Source: Candidatus Sulfotelmatobacter sp. (lineage in GTDB: Bacteria > Acidobacteriota > Terriglobia > Acidiferrales > UBA7541). From it: DNA of 64,000 nucleotides. The stretch lies in NCBI GenBank assembly GCA_035524015.1, contig DATKPS010000105.1, positions 11,680 through 75,679 on the forward strand, given 5' to 3'. Below, piece after piece: positions 28,844-37,296 of this stretch. A model generated the notes under the pieces. The model did not search any database. It was not told the DNA's origin and was given only the letters and a program-made list of their open reading frames with translations. Position 1 is the stretch's first letter. Each line of letters opens with the position of its first letter. The translations under genes and the position numbers were made by a program.

Positions 28844-29289
28844 TCAGCGGTAGTGGCGCGCGAGTTCGGAGGCGTAGTGCGTGCCCAGGCCTGCGCAGTT
28901 ATGCGAAAGCCATTCGGTGAGCCGCGTTTGGCCGGTGCTGGGTCCTTGAGGTCCGAGCAGGTTGGTCATCAATCCTTGGTATTCCTGCCAGGTAAGAACG
29001 ACATCGCGGAGGAACAAGCCAGCGAAACGCGTCGAAAGATACGCTAAAGGCGCCGGCAAATGAATGATGCGAATGCGTTGGCCTAGCTGCGCGGCAATGA
29101 GATGAACGAGTTCCTCAAAGGTGAATGTCTCTGGCCCTACCGCGTCCAAGATTTCATTTTGCCGCTGCTCGACGGAATTGACGATGAGACCGGCCATATC
29201 CTCAACATAGACGGGGCGGACACCATAGCCCCGTTGCCCGGAATACCGAAAATCGGCAGATGGCGAACGAACCAGGCGATGTTGTTAAT
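28844..29289 (-). pseudogene. 5'-truncated, frameshifted NAD(P)-binding epimerase/SDR (NDUFA9-like) remnant
   Basis: INNIAWFVRHLPIFGIPGNG then frameshift near 29230 to YGVRPVYVEDMAGL...DAVGPETFTFEEL; no N-terminal Rossmann motif. Confidence 0.8.
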
Positions 29290-29322
29290 AGTCTGGGCGG
29301 ACTTGCAGACGTTCATGGCGAA

Positions 29323-30735
29323 TTAACGCGGTGGCGGAGTAGAGGCGGCGGCCAGTCCAAGAGGACGGACATCCGCTTCAGCCAGTTGTTTGACGTGAGC
29401 AAAAACACGCCGGTGAATACTGTGGACGATCGTGTCGGTCCAAAGGCGCCAGTAGATACCCGGCCACATTTTGTTCCGGTAGGTAGTCGTGCCTTCAAGG
29501 TGGGTCCCTCCATTGGGAAGAACAGTCAGTACGAAATCAGCTCGTTCTGGCTGGAAATCATGATCTTCCAGGTGACGGACCTTGATATCGGGATACGGCG
29601 ACATTTCTTTCATCAGCATGGGTTCATCGGCAACAGCGAAGGCGAAGTGTTTTCCGGGCTCCCAGACGAGAATTGGTTCTTTAAAGCTCCCGCTGGAAAA
29701 CCGGCACTCGCGGTCAGCCGTGAGACCTTCGCCCTGGATCTGAGCTTCGATGGGGTAGGAAATGCCCAGACGAAAAGGTAATTCCTGCGGAGCGCCGATC
29801 GGCGGAAAAGCAATCAGGCGATTCCAGACGACCAGAGGCGGAGCGGCGATATCCATGCCGGTATGCACCTGGTAGCGTGGAACTGGCGGAGGAGCGAAGT
29901 GCTCTGCGCCGAAGAACGCTGGTAAGACCATCAGGAGAGCAGCAAGACTGGACGTGGCTGGGCGTTGCGTAGCCGAGTGATTGTGAACCGCATGAGCAAG
30001 AGCGCCACCGCAAAGTGCCAGAATCCAGGCGATAGGCGCGGCCATCAACAGACAGATAATGCCTTCAATGGCGACGGCGGCGATGCCGAGTCCAGCTAGC
30101 AAAACGGAAAGAGAAACAACGGCAACGATGTCGGCAGCACTTCGTGGTTGCGAAAGGCAATGCAGCCACACGGCCAGATAGCCCATAACGAAAGGCAGCG
30201 CGACGAACAGCGAAAGCCCGTATATGCCGAACGTGCGCAAATCGATCCACGTGACGCTCATGCCCATGAACCCCGCTACAAGCGCGGCAAGAGTGGCGCT
30301 GCCCGCGCGACTCTGTATGCCCCAAACAACGGAATTTCCCGGCGAATCAAAATGAACCAGCGGCTGAGTAGGTAGCGTACACAACACAGCGAAGAGCAGA
30401 AGATTGACGACTGGAACAAAAGATAGAAGAACCAGCCACACCGGTTGACCCGCATCACGAAGACGGTTGACGGTCATGACCACGCCTATCCAGATGAACG
30501 GAATCGCCGTGAGAAACAGCAGCACTAGAAAATGACCCAGCGGGTCGCCGGAAGCTTGCGGCTTAGGGAGGCGGTCGACAGGAGCCCAATAATTCCAGAG
30601 ATGCCAGCGCAAACCAAAATGGTAAGCCAAGACGGTGTCGACACTGTGCTTGACCAGAAACGCCAACAAACCGGTGAGGAAATATGCGAACCGGCTCACC
30701 CGGCCGTTCCAGTTCCATAAATCGGCAGGTTTCAT
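29323..30735 (-). CDS. DUF805 membrane domain + SRPBCC/START-like C-terminal domain protein
   Basis: GRVSRFAY...TVNRLRDAG (DUF805); further TMs; [12 protein letters not shown]...WEPGKHFAF...[10 protein letters not shown]. Confidence 0.75.
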   Translation of the reverse strand: MKPADLWNWNGRVSRFAYFLTGLLAFLVKHSVDTVLAYHFGLRWHLWNYWAPVDRLPKPQASGDPLGHFLVLLFLTAIPFIWIGVVMTVNRLRDAGQPVWLVLLSFVPVVNLLLFAVLCTLPTQPLVHFDSPGNSVVWGIQSRAGSATLAALVAGFMGMSVTWIDLRTFGIYGLSLFVALPFVMGYLAVWLHCLSQPRSAADIVAVVSLSVLLAGLGIAAVAIEGIICLLMAAPIAWILALCGGALAHAVHNHSATQRPATSSLAALLMVLPAFFGAEHFAPPPVPRYQVHTGMDIAAPPLVVWNRLIAFPPIGAPQELPFRLGISYPIEAQIQGEGLTADRECRFSSGSFKEPILVWEPGKHFAFAVADEPMLMKEMSPYPDIKVRHLEDHDFQPERADFVLTVLPNGGTHLEGTTTYRNKMWPGIYWRLWTDTIVHSIHRRVFAHVKQLAEADVRPLGLAAASTPPPR

Positions 30736-31169
30736 AAGGCTCCTGTCGGAGTGTGGGTTCCGTGATGTGCAATGGCACTGCACTGAAGCGACGAACAGCT
30801 ACGACGTGCGGCGACCCAGCGATAAGCTGAGCGTAGCAAGGGCTTCATCCCTGGAATATGGGAGAGCCACACGAGAGGCTGCGCCCACCAAATTTGGCGG
30901 GCGACGGCGAGGACAGCGTCAGCGCCACCGTATTGACTGCCGTCGGACAGAAGGAAACGAAGTTCGCGCAGCAATTCTTGCTGCGAGAGACCGAGGAGTG
31001 GGCCGACACGCGGATCTTGCAATGGAGCCACCGCGAAGCCGCGCCGCGCAAGGATGGGCGCGAGCCAACGCGCCGTGCGGGTGCAGAACGCGCAGTCGGC
31101 GTCGAAAAACAGAAACCCGTGGGCGTGGCGGCCTTTGGTGTCGGTGTAATTGTTGGCCAGAGAGAGCAT
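30732..31169 (-). CDS. DCC1-like thiol-disulfide oxidoreductase (DUF393)
   Basis: FFDADCAFC DxxCxxC motif; YRWVAARR. Confidence 0.88.
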   Translation of the reverse strand: MLSLANNYTDTKGRHAHGFLFFDADCAFCTRTARWLAPILARRGFAVAPLQDPRVGPLLGLSQQELLRELRFLLSDGSQYGGADAVLAVARQIWWAQPLVWLSHIPGMKPLLRSAYRWVAARRSCSSLQCSAIAHHGTHTPTGAL

Positions 31170-31227
31170 GGAGCCTCACTTTCCTCCGTTGCGGCAGTCG
31201 GCGCGCATCGTCGAAACAGGAATGCGC

Positions 31228-31794
31228 TCAGCCAGCTTTCTTTTTGTCGGCGCCCAGAATGGTGATGACCTTGCCGCGCAGTTTGCCGACACTTTTCAGA
31301 GTGCTCGACGGCATGCGCAGCACCTCGTCAAACAGGCCGGTCATGATGGTCAGGAACTCGAGCATGGATTCGAGGCGTTCGCGGGTGTAGGCGTCGGATT
31401 GCGCGTTGGTCTTCAGTTCGTTGACACATTCGCCGAGCACGCGGAGCGTGGGATCGATCTCGCGGCGTTTTCGTTCTTCGGCGACCGTGCGGAAGATTTC
31501 CCAAACATCCTTGAAGGTCTCGAAATGATCGCGGCGGTCGCCGAGCACGTGGACGACTCGAACGATGCCCCAACCCTGAAGCTCGCGGAGGCTGGTGCTG
31601 ACGTTGGAACGCGCGACCGCAAGAGTTTCGGCGATTTCGTCCGCAGGAACAGGCTTCGGAGACAAAAACAGCAGCGCGTGGACCTGGGCCACCGTACGGT
31701 TGATGCCCCACTTGGTGCCCATTTCGCCCCAATGCAGGATGAACTTTTGCGCCACCGGAGTCAGGCGGGATGGTGGATTAGCTGGTTCGGTCAT
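31228..31794 (-). CDS. GbsR/MarR family transcriptional regulator
   Basis: FILHWGEMGTKWGINR, ARSNVSTSLREL, GDRRDHF. Confidence 0.9.
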   Translation of the reverse strand: MTEPANPPSRLTPVAQKFILHWGEMGTKWGINRTVAQVHALLFLSPKPVPADEIAETLAVARSNVSTSLRELQGWGIVRVVHVLGDRRDHFETFKDVWEIFRTVAEERKRREIDPTLRVLGECVNELKTNAQSDAYTRERLESMLEFLTIMTGLFDEVLRMPSSTLKSVGKLRGKVITILGADKKKAG

Positions 31795-31837
31795 GGGCGC
31801 TCCTAGGCTTGAATCAGTCATTGCATTCCATTGTGCA

Positions 31838-31871
31838 ATATCTGAAATTTCAGTCATGACAGAATATACAG
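31838..31871. promoter_or_regulatory. Putative GbsR-family operator (overlapping palindromes)
   Basis: Perfect CTGAAATTTCAG (31842-31853) overlapping near-perfect TTCAGTCATGACAGAA. Confidence 0.6.
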
Positions 31872-31926
31872 GATTTCCAGGATGCTGTCAACGGGTGACC
31901 CGCGGCGTACGGCCACGAGAGCCGGC

Positions 31927-32001
31927 GTGGCACAGGCACTCCTGCCTGTGCTGAGAATGTGGCAGTCAGCCCAGCGCGCAAGCCAAAAGTGGCGGTGCCA
32001 C
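31927..32001. repeat. REP-like inverted doublet
   Basis: GTGGCACAGGCACTCCTGCCTGTGC plus degenerate inverted copy ending GGTGCCAC. Confidence 0.65.
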
Positions 32002-32048
32002 AAGAGTTTTTCCGCAACTGATAAAGTCGCCGCGACCACACTGCAATG

Positions 32049-33377
32049 CTAGAACACGCTGACTTCGGGAATTACCGGAACGAGTTGTGGAACATCGATG
32101 CAGATTTTCGTGCCCTGGCCTTCGTGGCTGGCGATGTCCAGGTGAAAGTCGGTGCCATACAGCACGCGCAGGCGCTCGCGCACGTTACTGAGCCCGATGC
32201 CTTCGACATACACGTGGGGCAGCTTTTCTTCGGATATGCCCACGCCATTGTCTTCGATCTCGATGTGCAACCGGCTATCGCGATTGAAAGTGCGAAGGAA
32301 GATGCGGCCGCCTTCGAGTTTGGGCGCCAGGCCATGTTTGAGGCTATTCTCGACCATGGGCTGCAGAAGCATGCTGGGGATAAACGTTTCCAGGGTGTCT
32401 TCGCCAATTTCCTTGACAATGTCGAGATTGTCTTCCCCGAAGCGGGCAACTTCGATATCCAGGTAATCGTCGATAAACGCGAGCTCTTCGCGAAGGGGCA
32501 CAAAGGTTTCGTGTTTGCGCAGTAGCCGGCGAAGAATATTGCTGAGCTTGAGCACAACGCCGCGCGCCGTGTCAGGGTCCATACGAATGAGGGCAGAGAC
32601 GGTGTTGAGGGTGTTAAACAGGAAGTGCGGATTGATCTGGCTGGAGAGGGCGTCCATGCGCGCGCGAAGCAGCAACTGCTGGTGGCGCTCGAGATTCATC
32701 TCGATGCGGGTGTTGTTCCAGATTTTCAGAGGCGCGGCGACGGACATGAGCGTACCAAGGACAACGAGACACAGCTTCCAATTCCACTGCGGGTCGAGCG
32801 CGAACAGCCACTTCGGCGTGGTGGCGATAACCAACGCGACGCGGCCCAGTTCCAGGCCGACGCAGGTGAGCAGCGGCGACATTTCCCACATGATCTCGAC
32901 GTTGCTGACCAGCCGCATGAGCGCTTTAGGGATGTTCAGGAACGTGAACGGACCGAAATTCCACAGATCTTCTTTGTCGGGGATGAGTTGGCGAATCAGT
33001 CCGCCCACGAGACCCGCGGTGGCGGCCACGGGCATGGCCAGCCATTCGTGAGCCATCAGGGCAGGAATGGTGATGATCGCACCGCCGATAGGACCGACGA
33101 CACGGCCGCCGAGTAAGCCCATGAGGAACGCGCCTTCCAGAGAAAGATCGGCAAACTGGTAGGCCGCCGGCCGATACAGACGCAGAATCACCCCCACCAG
33201 AAGCGGCGGAACCAGGAACAGCATCAGTTTCAGTTTTTGGTCGGCGTCGCGTTCTTCGGTAAACAGCACACGCCGAAAGGTACTCCAGCGGGCAAGCAAA
33301 GCGGCAATGGAGGAAGCCAGACCCACCTTGAGGAGCAGGGTGAAAAGCAGTTCGCGAATGGAGAGCGTGGTTTCCAC
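32049..33377 (-). CDS. LytS/YehU-type membrane sensor histidine kinase
   Basis: SQINPHFLFNTLN, LQPMVENSLKHG, EDNGVG, GIGLSNV; GTG start with GAGGAG RBS. Confidence 0.92.
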   Translation of the reverse strand: METTLSIRELLFTLLLKVGLASSIAALLARWSTFRRVLFTEERDADQKLKLMLFLVPPLLVGVILRLYRPAAYQFADLSLEGAFLMGLLGGRVVGPIGGAIITIPALMAHEWLAMPVAATAGLVGGLIRQLIPDKEDLWNFGPFTFLNIPKALMRLVSNVEIMWEMSPLLTCVGLELGRVALVIATTPKWLFALDPQWNWKLCLVVLGTLMSVAAPLKIWNNTRIEMNLERHQQLLLRARMDALSSQINPHFLFNTLNTVSALIRMDPDTARGVVLKLSNILRRLLRKHETFVPLREELAFIDDYLDIEVARFGEDNLDIVKEIGEDTLETFIPSMLLQPMVENSLKHGLAPKLEGGRIFLRTFNRDSRLHIEIEDNGVGISEEKLPHVYVEGIGLSNVRERLRVLYGTDFHLDIASHEGQGTKICIDVPQLVPVIPEVSVF

Positions 33378-33480
33378 GGCCAAGCTCCTCCTATTGTAAA
33401 GAAATCCGCCCGGACACGGCACGAATGTTGCCGCGTGTGAGCCGGAGGTAATTCCCCTCCCTGTTATACTGAACTGACGT

Positions 33481-34152
33481 ATGGCGAAGAAAAAAGCAGC
33501 GGGCAAGGCTTCATCGAATAAGCAAGCGCGGCGCAGCAACGTTCCGCTGAATCATCGACCAGATGCTCGGGTGATTGCAGCGGCGGAACTCCCGACGCGG
33601 TATGGCCACTTCAAGATTTATGGGTTTCAGGGGCGCGGGCCGCAGGAAGAAGCCGTGGCGCTGGTGCGCGGGAATTTGCAGGGACGCGTAACGCCGCTGG
33701 TGCGTGTGCACTCCCAGTGCCTGACTGGGGACGTGCTGACCTCTCAGCGCTGCGACTGCCGGGCACAGCTGGAACTCTCCATGAAGAAAATCGCCAGCGC
33801 ACCTGCGGGCATTTTGTTGTATTTACCGCAGGAAGGACGCGGGATTGGCTTGATGAACAAGTTACGCGCGTACGAGCTGCAGGATGGCGGGATGGACACG
33901 GTGGAAGCGAATGAGTCTCTGGGATTTGCCGCGGATGCGCGCGAATACCAGTTCCCGGCGCGGATTCTGAAGCAGTTGGGCGCGCGAAAGATTCGATTGC
34001 TCTCGAATAATCCGGACAAGGTGAAGCAACTGGAGTCGGCGGGAGTGCAGGTGGTCGAGCGCGTGCCGTGCCAGCCGAGAATTTCGAAAATTTCGCGAAG
34101 ATATTTGGAGACGAAGAAGAAGAAGATGGGGCATTTGCTCGAAGGTATTTGA
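33481..34152 (+). CDS. ribA: GTP cyclohydrolase II
   Basis: VRVHSQCLTGD..RCDC, QEGRGIGL.NK, LLSNNPDK. Confidence 0.96.
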   Translation: MAKKKAAGKASSNKQARRSNVPLNHRPDARVIAAAELPTRYGHFKIYGFQGRGPQEEAVALVRGNLQGRVTPLVRVHSQCLTGDVLTSQRCDCRAQLELSMKKIASAPAGILLYLPQEGRGIGLMNKLRAYELQDGGMDTVEANESLGFAADAREYQFPARILKQLGARKIRLLSNNPDKVKQLESAGVQVVERVPCQPRISKISRRYLETKKKKMGHLLEGI

Positions 34153-34180
34153 TGGGCACACACCGGTTCGCGGTATGTGC

Positions 34181-34393
34181 TTAGCCGCCGCCAACGAATT
34201 GGACGATTTCAAGGCGGTCGCCGTGGGCGACGTGGGTCTCCTCCCATTTCGATTTGGGCAGGATCTGCAGGTTGTACTCGATGGCCACGCGACCGGAGTT
34301 TAGGCCGAGCTGTGCGAGCAGCGTAGTCACCGTAGTGCCCGCGGAAGTTTCGCGATTCTCTCCGTTGACCTGAATCGTCACAGCGTCTGGCAT
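34181..34393 (-). CDS. thiS: Sulfur carrier protein ThiS
   Basis: IQVNGE...VAIEYN...EIVQFVGGG C-terminal GG. Confidence 0.93.
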   Translation of the reverse strand: MPDAVTIQVNGENRETSAGTTVTTLLAQLGLNSGRVAIEYNLQILPKSKWEETHVAHGDRLEIVQFVGGG

Positions 34394-34406
34394 AACCACT
34401 CCAACT

Positions 34407-35039
34407 TCAGGCTACGCGAGGTTTGGCACGAAGTGCAAATCGAAGATGCGCTTTGGCGTCGCGATCCTCGGCGTAGATCGCAAGAGCCGGATCGGCGCCG
34501 GTGATGCGCGGCATCTCGAATTCGACAAGAGCCTGGCCCTGAGCACCGGTGCTGGCGCGGTAAGAGACGTGATCGTCGCTGCCGTCAATCTCCACTGCGA
34601 TCTGCGCGCTGGGAACGGGATCGCCGTTCTGTGCCCGGACGGTGACCAGAAGTTTAGCGTGCTTCCCGGAGAGCCAGGATTTGGCATTGGTGAGTTCGAG
34701 AGAAATTTTTCGGGGCTCCGGAACCGGGCGCGAAACTGCCGATGGCGCCGGCGCCTTAGCCGCCAGAAAGGTCGGCGGCGGAATCGCGAGCTGTAACTGC
34801 CCGGAGCGAATCTCCTCGATCAGCGCGTGGTGCTGCGCTTCGAGACGCAATTTGAGCGCTTGCTCGCGATCTTCGTTCATCGGTAGCAGATCGAAGTAGT
34901 TGTTCACGCGCCGATGGAGCACGCGACCCTCGTAGTACACCGTGCTATCGATCAGAGCGTGCGGCTCTCCGCGATCTTCGGTCTGAATATGGAAGGTGAT
35001 GGAACCGAGTTTGAGATTCGAATTGTGCCCGAAGATCAT
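34407..35039 (-). CDS. Hypothetical protein (N-terminal FHIQTED domain, C-terminal Ig-like region)
   Basis: Clean ORF with AGGGAG upstream; Pro/Ala linker between two domains. Confidence 0.7.
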   Translation of the reverse strand: MIFGHNSNLKLGSITFHIQTEDRGEPHALIDSTVYYEGRVLHRRVNNYFDLLPMNEDREQALKLRLEAQHHALIEEIRSGQLQLAIPPPTFLAAKAPAPSAVSRPVPEPRKISLELTNAKSWLSGKHAKLLVTVRAQNGDPVPSAQIAVEIDGSDDHVSYRASTGAQGQALVEFEMPRITGADPALAIYAEDRDAKAHLRFALRAKPRVA

Positions 35040-35117
35040 GCTTTTCTCTTGCTCCCTGTGCAAGGGCCGCGCTGCGAAGACCCGGCGCCGCGAGCTCCGG
35101 AAAATTCTCCGGAACAT

Positions 35118-35146
35118 TTGACCGGTGGCGTCTCACTCGTTATTAT
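35118..35146 (+). promoter_or_regulatory. Sigma70-type promoter for nuo cluster 1
   Basis: TTGACC-17 bp-TATTAT, 12 bp before the nuoA ATG. Confidence 0.55.
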
Positions 35147-35158
35147 AACTCTTCAACC

Positions 35159-35557
35159 ATGACCCCCTCTGGCCTGCATGCATACGTTCCCCTACTAATA
35201 CACCTGCTGGTGGCGGCGTTTTTGGCGGGCGCGTTGATCCTGGTGTCGACTTTTATTGGCTGGCGCCGGCCAAGCAAAGTGAAATCGCAGCCGTATGAGT
35301 GCGGGATGACCCCAACGGGGGACGCACGCGAGCCGTTCTCGGTGAAGTTTTACCTTGTGGCGATGGTGTTCATCTTATTTGATGTCGAAGCGATCTTTCT
35401 GTATCCGTGGGCATATATATTCAAGGATTTAGCGAAGAACGCAGCAACACGCTGGTTTGGCTTCATAGAAATGATGTTTTATGTGGCCATCCTGCTGGTC
35501 GGATATATCTATCTCTGGAAAAAGGGCGCGCTAGACTGGCATAAATCGAAGAAGTAA
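35159..35557 (+). CDS. nuoA: NADH-quinone oxidoreductase subunit A (cluster 1)
   Basis: PYECG, FILFDVE, WKKGALDW. Confidence 0.96.
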   Translation: MTPSGLHAYVPLLIHLLVAAFLAGALILVSTFIGWRRPSKVKSQPYECGMTPTGDAREPFSVKFYLVAMVFILFDVEAIFLYPWAYIFKDLAKNAATRWFGFIEMMFYVAILLVGYIYLWKKGALDWHKSKK

Positions 35558-35589
35558 GCCAGCTCAAGCCCTTTGAGGATCTCAGTAAC

Positions 35590-36069
35590 GTGACGCAGCT
35601 TGCCAACGCAAACGCTGGTGTTGTAGCCGAACAACTGCGCAGTTGGAATGCGCAGGCCGTATCGCAAGTGCTTGAGTATCGCGGAGAAACCACCATCGTG
35701 GTGCCGCGACACTTGCTGCTCCAGACGGCGCAGCAATGCCGGGACAATCCAGAACTTCACTTTAATTTGTTAAGCGATGCCACGTGTGTCGACCGCTTTC
35801 CCGTAGAGCCGCGCTTTGAGCTGAATTATCAGCTGGTGTCCATCAGCAGACGCGCGCGCGTGCGGTTGCGGACCAGCGTGAGCGGCCAGCAGCCCATCAT
35901 TCATTCCTTGGTGCCGGTGTGGCCGGGTGCGAACTGGCTGGAACGCGAGATTTTTGACCTGTTCGGGATCAAGTTTGAAGGACATCCCGATTTGCGGCGG
36001 ATTCTGTTGCCGGAAGAATTTGAAGGAGCTCCCTTGCGGCGAGACTTCCCGACAGAAGGCAAGAGATAG
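35590..36069 (+). CDS. nuoC: NADH-quinone oxidoreductase subunit C (cluster 1)
   Basis: [30 protein letters not shown]. Confidence 0.96.
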   Translation: MTQLANANAGVVAEQLRSWNAQAVSQVLEYRGETTIVVPRHLLLQTAQQCRDNPELHFNLLSDATCVDRFPVEPRFELNYQLVSISRRARVRLRTSVSGQQPIIHSLVPVWPGANWLEREIFDLFGIKFEGHPDLRRILLPEEFEGAPLRRDFPTEGKR

Positions 36070-36093
36070 GCAGAGCGGCGCGGATTGTGAACC

Positions 36094-37290
36094 ATGACAA
36101 CGGTTGAAACACCTATCGGCAGCAGCAAAACCATGGTCCTGAATATGGGACCGCAGCACCCCTCCACGCATGGCGTATTGCGCGTGCTCCTGGAACTGGA
36201 TGGGGAAAACGTGGTGTCGGCGGTGCCGGACCTGGGCTATCTGCACACCGGCATCGAGAAAAGCTGCGAAGACAAGACCTATTCGCAGGCCATTACCTTA
36301 ACCGACCGTATGGATTATTTGAATCCGCTGGGAAACAACCTGGTGTACTGCCTGGCGGTGGAAAAGCTGCTGAATCTGGAAGTGCCCAAGCGCGCGCAGT
36401 ATATCCGGGTGATGCTGGTGGAATTGCAACGAATTTCGTCCCACCTGGTGTGGCTGGGGACGCACGCGCTGGACATGGGCGCGATGTCCGTAATGCTCTA
36501 CTGCTTCCGGGAACGCGAAGAGATTCTGAAGATTTTCGAACGTTTCAGCGGGCAGCGCATGATGACCAGCTTTATCCGCATTGGCGGCGTGGCCCTGCAG
36601 CCCCCGGCCGGATGGCGCGACATGGTCAAGCGCTTCCTGGACATGATGCCGGCGCGAATCGATGAGTATGAGGCGCTGCTGACGGAAAACCGCATCTGGC
36701 AAGGACGGCTGAAGGGCGTCGGCTATCTATCGCCGGAAACACTCATCGCCTTGAGCACCACCGGACCCGGATTGCGCGCTTCCGGCGTGGCCTACGACAA
36801 CCGCAAAGACTTTCCTTATTCCTCCTACGAGGAGTTCGACTTCAACGTGCCCACCCGCACGGAATCCGATTGCTATGCGCGCTACCTGGTGCGCGTGGCG
36901 GAGATGCGCGAAAGCTTGAAGATCGTGCGCCAGGCCATGGACAAGATCACCGATGACGGTCCGATCAAGGCGGAAATGCCCGGCGTGATTCCGCCAGAGC
37001 GCGAAAAGATGAAGACCGAGATGGAAGCGCTGATCTACCACTTCAAGATTTTCACGGAAGGATTTTCGCCCCCGCCGGGAGAGGCCTTCGTGGCGGTGGA
37101 ATCGCCGCGCGGAGAGCTGGGCTGCTTTATTGCCAGTGACGGGTCGCCCAAGCCGTTGCGCGTGCACTTCCGCGGTCCTTCGTTCATCAACCTGCAAGCA
37201 TTGCCGAATATGGTGAAGGGGCAGTTGATCGCCGACACCGTGGCGTGCATCGGCACGATCGACATTGTTCTTGGAGAGGTAGATAGGTAA
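36094..37290 (+). CDS. nuoD: NADH-quinone oxidoreductase subunit D (cluster 1)
   Basis: [26 protein letters not shown]. Confidence 0.97.
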   Translation: MTTVETPIGSSKTMVLNMGPQHPSTHGVLRVLLELDGENVVSAVPDLGYLHTGIEKSCEDKTYSQAITLTDRMDYLNPLGNNLVYCLAVEKLLNLEVPKRAQYIRVMLVELQRISSHLVWLGTHALDMGAMSVMLYCFREREEILKIFERFSGQRMMTSFIRIGGVALQPPAGWRDMVKRFLDMMPARIDEYEALLTENRIWQGRLKGVGYLSPETLIALSTTGPGLRASGVAYDNRKDFPYSSYEEFDFNVPTRTESDCYARYLVRVAEMRESLKIVRQAMDKITDDGPIKAEMPGVIPPEREKMKTEMEALIYHFKIFTEGFSPPPGEAFVAVESPRGELGCFIASDGSPKPLRVHFRGPSFINLQALPNMVKGQLIADTVACIGTIDIVLGEVDR

Positions 37291-37296
37291 GGGTGT

